Positions 36,421 to 38,932 of a stretch of 38,932 nt of DNA are shown here, one piece after another (position 1 is the stretch's first letter; each line of letters begins with the position of its first letter). The notes beneath the pieces are model-generated. The model was not told the DNA's origin. It made no database searches and worked only from the letters and a program-made list of their open reading frames with translations. The stretch lies in assembly GCA_036394235.1 (NCBI GenBank), contig DASWFM010000103.1, positions 1 through 38,932 on the forward strand, given 5' to 3'. The position numbers were made by a program, and so were the translations under genes. Origin of the DNA: Solirubrobacteraceae bacterium (GTDB lineage: Bacteria > Actinomycetota > Thermoleophilia > Solirubrobacterales > Solirubrobacteraceae).

Positions 36421-37495
36421 GGGCCACCGCCTCCGCCTGGCGTGCAAGCTCGAGCACGCCGTCCCCGAAGGTCTTCAGATAGGGATCGTCGGTGGTCCCG
36501 GCGATCGCCCGCTTGTAGTTGCCCTCCATGAAGACGACGCTCTTCCACAGCGCCAACGTCATGTACCAGCGGATGTCGCTCATCGAGCGGCCCGAGCGCT
36601 CCTCGTAGCGGGCGATCAGCTCGGCGCGTGAGGGGAAACCCTCCGCCCTCGTGACCGAGCCGAGCGCGTCCCGCATCCCCCCGGACGGGTCGCCGGCCTC
36701 CGTCCACATCATGCATAGGTAGCCGAGGTCGGCCAGGGGGTCGCCGATCGTCGCCATCTCCCAGTCGAGCACGGCCGCCAGACGGGCGGGCGCACCCGGG
36801 GCGTAGAGCGTGTTTCCGAGCCGGAAGTCGCCGTGGACGATCGTCGCGGGGCCGGACTCGGGCATGTTCTGGGCGAGCCAGCTGCCGACGCTCTCCACGG
36901 CGGGGATCTCGCGTGTCTTGTTGAGCTCCCAGAGGCCCAGGAAACGACGGAGCTGGCGTTCGAGATAGCCGGTCGGCTTGCCGAAGCCCTCCAATCCCAC
37001 GGCGCGCCAGTCGACGGCGTGGATCTCGACGAGCGCCTCGGTCAGCTCCTGGGCGGTGCGGGCCCGCTCCTCGGGGTTGTCGAGCGCCGGCGGCATGCTC
37101 GTCACGATCACGTCCCCCGCGACCCGCTCCATCACGTAGAAGGGCGCCCCGATGATCTGCTCGTCCTCGCCGACGGCGAGAACGGCGGGCACGCGGGCGG
37201 GCGTGTCCCGCAGCGCCCGCAACAGCCGCGCCTCCCGCAGCACGTCATGGGCGCTGGGCGGCAGTGGCGGCCGTGGTGGCCGGCGAAGCACGAACTCGGC
37301 GCCGTTGCGCTCGATCAGGTAGGTCACGTTGGAATGCCCCTCGCCGATAGGGCTGGCGCGAATCTCCCCCGAGCCGAGCCCATGCTCGTCGAGGAAGGCC
37401 TCCAGGGGGTCGAGGACGAGAAGGGGAGGGCGGCTGTTAGCCTCCGCGTCCCCCGCCGTCCGGACGATGTCGTCTGGCGCGATCGGTGCGCTCAC
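36410..37495 (-). CDS. APH/choline-kinase-like phosphotransferase (ACAD10/11 kinase-domain type)
   Basis: 'GHSNVTY', 'VLRRPP...PSAHDVLRE', 'GAPFYVME', 'HGDFRLGN' and 'LDWEMATIGDPLADL'. Confidence 0.92.
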   Translation of the reverse strand: MSAPIAPDDIVRTAGDAEANSRPPLLVLDPLEAFLDEHGLGSGEIRASPIGEGHSNVTYLIERNGAEFVLRRPPRPPLPPSAHDVLREARLLRALRDTPARVPAVLAVGEDEQIIGAPFYVMERVAGDVIVTSMPPALDNPEERARTAQELTEALVEIHAVDWRAVGLEGFGKPTGYLERQLRRFLGLWELNKTREIPAVESVGSWLAQNMPESGPATIVHGDFRLGNTLYAPGAPARLAAVLDWEMATIGDPLADLGYLCMMWTEAGDPSGGMRDALGSVTRAEGFPSRAELIARYEERSGRSMSDIRWYMTLALWKSVVFMEGNYKRAIAGTTDDPYLKTFGDGVLELARQAEAVAHDG

Positions 37496-37552
37496 GGACG
37501 GGAAAGCTATAGCGACCGCAACCTTCCCTGCGCTGAGGTGTCCTTATCGACC

Positions 37553-38932
37553 ATGCCCAGATTCCGCCCCCTCACACTCCCCCTGCTCGCGATCGCCGCT
37601 TCCGTGGCCATCGCCTCGCCCGCGACAGCATCCGCCTCGCGAGGCCAGACGACCTACTTCGAGGCCGGTGCCACGCTGCTCGAATCCAAGCAGTCGAAAG
37701 TCTTCGCCCAGATGCAGACGCTCGGCGTCAAAGCGCTGCGGATCGAGCTCTCATGGGCCTCGGTGGCGCCGGCACCGACGAGCGCGACGAAGCCCTCGTT
37801 CGACGCCACGAACCCGGCCCTGTACGCGTGGGGCGGGTACGCCAGCGCGATCACGCAGGCCCGCGCGCTCGGCTGGCCAGTGCTGCTGACGGTCACCTCG
37901 CCGGTGCCGCGATGGGCCACCTCGAACCACAAAGCGCCGTACATCACGCGTCCGGACGACAAGGACTTCCAGGAATTCATGACCGCCGTCGGGAAGCAGT
38001 TCGGCACTCAGGTCAACGTCTTCTCGATCTGGAACGAGCCCAACCACCCCGCTTTCCTGATGCCCCAGTGGAACTCCAACGGCACTCCCGCCTCGCCCCG
38101 CATCTACCGCGGTCTCTACCAGTCGGGCTATGCGGGCCTCCAGGCTGCGGGGCTGTCCCACCCCAAGGTGCTGTTCGGCGAGACCGCGCCGACGGGATTC
38201 GACACCATCAACCGCCGCCGCGAAGGATCCCGGGCGCTGCTCCACGACGTCGCTCCGCTCGCGTTCCTGCGCAGCGCGCTGTGCCTGAACGGCCACTACC
38301 GGCCGGCGGGCTCCTGCGGGAAGCTGCAGATGAGCGGCTATGCGCACCATGCCTACACGAAGGCCGTCAGCCCCCACTACATCGCTCCCGGGGCCGACAA
38401 CGTGACGATCGGCTCGCTCTCTCGCCTCTCCTCGGCGCTCAACAGAGCGGCCGCCGCGCACGCGATCCCCTCGGGCCTGCCGATCTACCTGACCGAGTTC
38501 GGCGTGCAGAGCTTCCCCAACCACGAACTGGGCGTGCCGGTCTCGCGTCAGGCCGAATACGAGGCGATCGCCGAAAAGATCGCCTGGGGGAACTCCCGCG
38601 TCGCGGCCTTCTCGCAGTACTTGCTAAAGGACGACCCGCTGGGCGGAAGGCCGGGCTCGAGCGTGGCCGGCGGCACCGTCGGCTTCCAGACCGGGCTCGA
38701 GTACTCCAACGGCAAGCCGAAGCCGCTGTACTCGGCGTGGCCGGTGCCGCTGGCGGTAACCCGTACATCCCACGGCTTCTCGTTGTGGGGCCTCGTGCGT
38801 CCCGCGGCCGGCAGGACGAAGGTCACGGTGCTGATCCGCAAGAAGGGCTCCTCGGCCTACAAGACGCTGAAGACGGTCTCGACCGACAGCCGCGGCTACT
38901 GGACTCTCGGCTCGAGCGTCAAGGGCACCGCC
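37553..38932 (+). CDS. Secreted clan GH-A-like glycoside hydrolase (GH5/GH39-like), 3' end outside the window
   Basis: Not in the ORF track because it has no stop. Read manually from ATG 37553: signal peptide MPRFRPLTLPLLAIAASVAIASPATASA, 'LRIELSW', acid/base motif 'SIWNEPN', 'YAHHAY' and nucleophile motif 'IYLTEFG'. The frame stays open to the window end. Confidence 0.82.
   Translation, partial: MPRFRPLTLPLLAIAASVAIASPATASASRGQTTYFEAGATLLESKQSKVFAQMQTLGVKALRIELSWASVAPAPTSATKPSFDATNPALYAWGGYASAITQARALGWPVLLTVTSPVPRWATSNHKAPYITRPDDKDFQEFMTAVGKQFGTQVNVFSIWNEPNHPAFLMPQWNSNGTPASPRIYRGLYQSGYAGLQAAGLSHPKVLFGETAPTGFDTINRRREGSRALLHDVAPLAFLRSALCLNGHYRPAGSCGKLQMSGYAHHAYTKAVSPHYIAPGADNVTIGSLSRLSSALNRAAAAHAIPSGLPIYLTEFGVQSFPNHELGVPVSRQAEYEAIAEKIAWGNSRVAAFSQYLLKDDPLGGRPGSSVAGGTVGFQTGLEYSNGKPKPLYSAWPVPLAVTRTSHGFSLWGLVRPAAGRTKVTVLIRKKGSSAYKTLKTVSTDSRGYWTLGSSVKGTA

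Noticed and set aside
36410..37495. Aminoglycoside resistance kinase; likewise beta-lactamase calls for the three MBL-fold genes
   Set aside because: The motifs fit the ACAD10-like metabolic kinases and generic glyoxalase II-like MBL folds. There are no signal peptides or mobile context.

Overview
A very GC-rich, gene-dense bacterial chromosome segment. The gene content, the lineage-typical hypothetical proteins and the widespread TANNNT-plus-start-codon architecture point to an actinobacterium, most likely Thermoleophilia/Solirubrobacterales (inference, not checked against a database). Most of the window is housekeeping or metabolic: kgd/sucA-type fusion, pyk, gltA, metF, a PurD-like ligase, a DEAD-box helicase, cyclophilin, ALDH, an Rsb-type partner-switching trio, three MBL-fold hydrolases and a secreted clan GH-A-like protein running off the right end. 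I found no rRNA, tRNA, CRISPR array, integrase or transposase. The most unusual signal is at the left end. The last ~58 bp of kgd are duplicated 880 bp away, and the two copies bracket a vapBC module plus a 23-codon cationic ORF coupled to the kgd stop. A second, different vapC lies just beyond the duplicate, which suggests toxin-antitoxin cassettes accumulating at the kgd 3' end. Also notable are a Kgd carrying its own two lipoyl domains and an E3-binding domain, an archaeal-type PurD, a SnoaL-MBL fusion, an ACAD10-like kinase+HAD gene pair, and a purine tract with a long palindrome at 35.6-35.75 kb.
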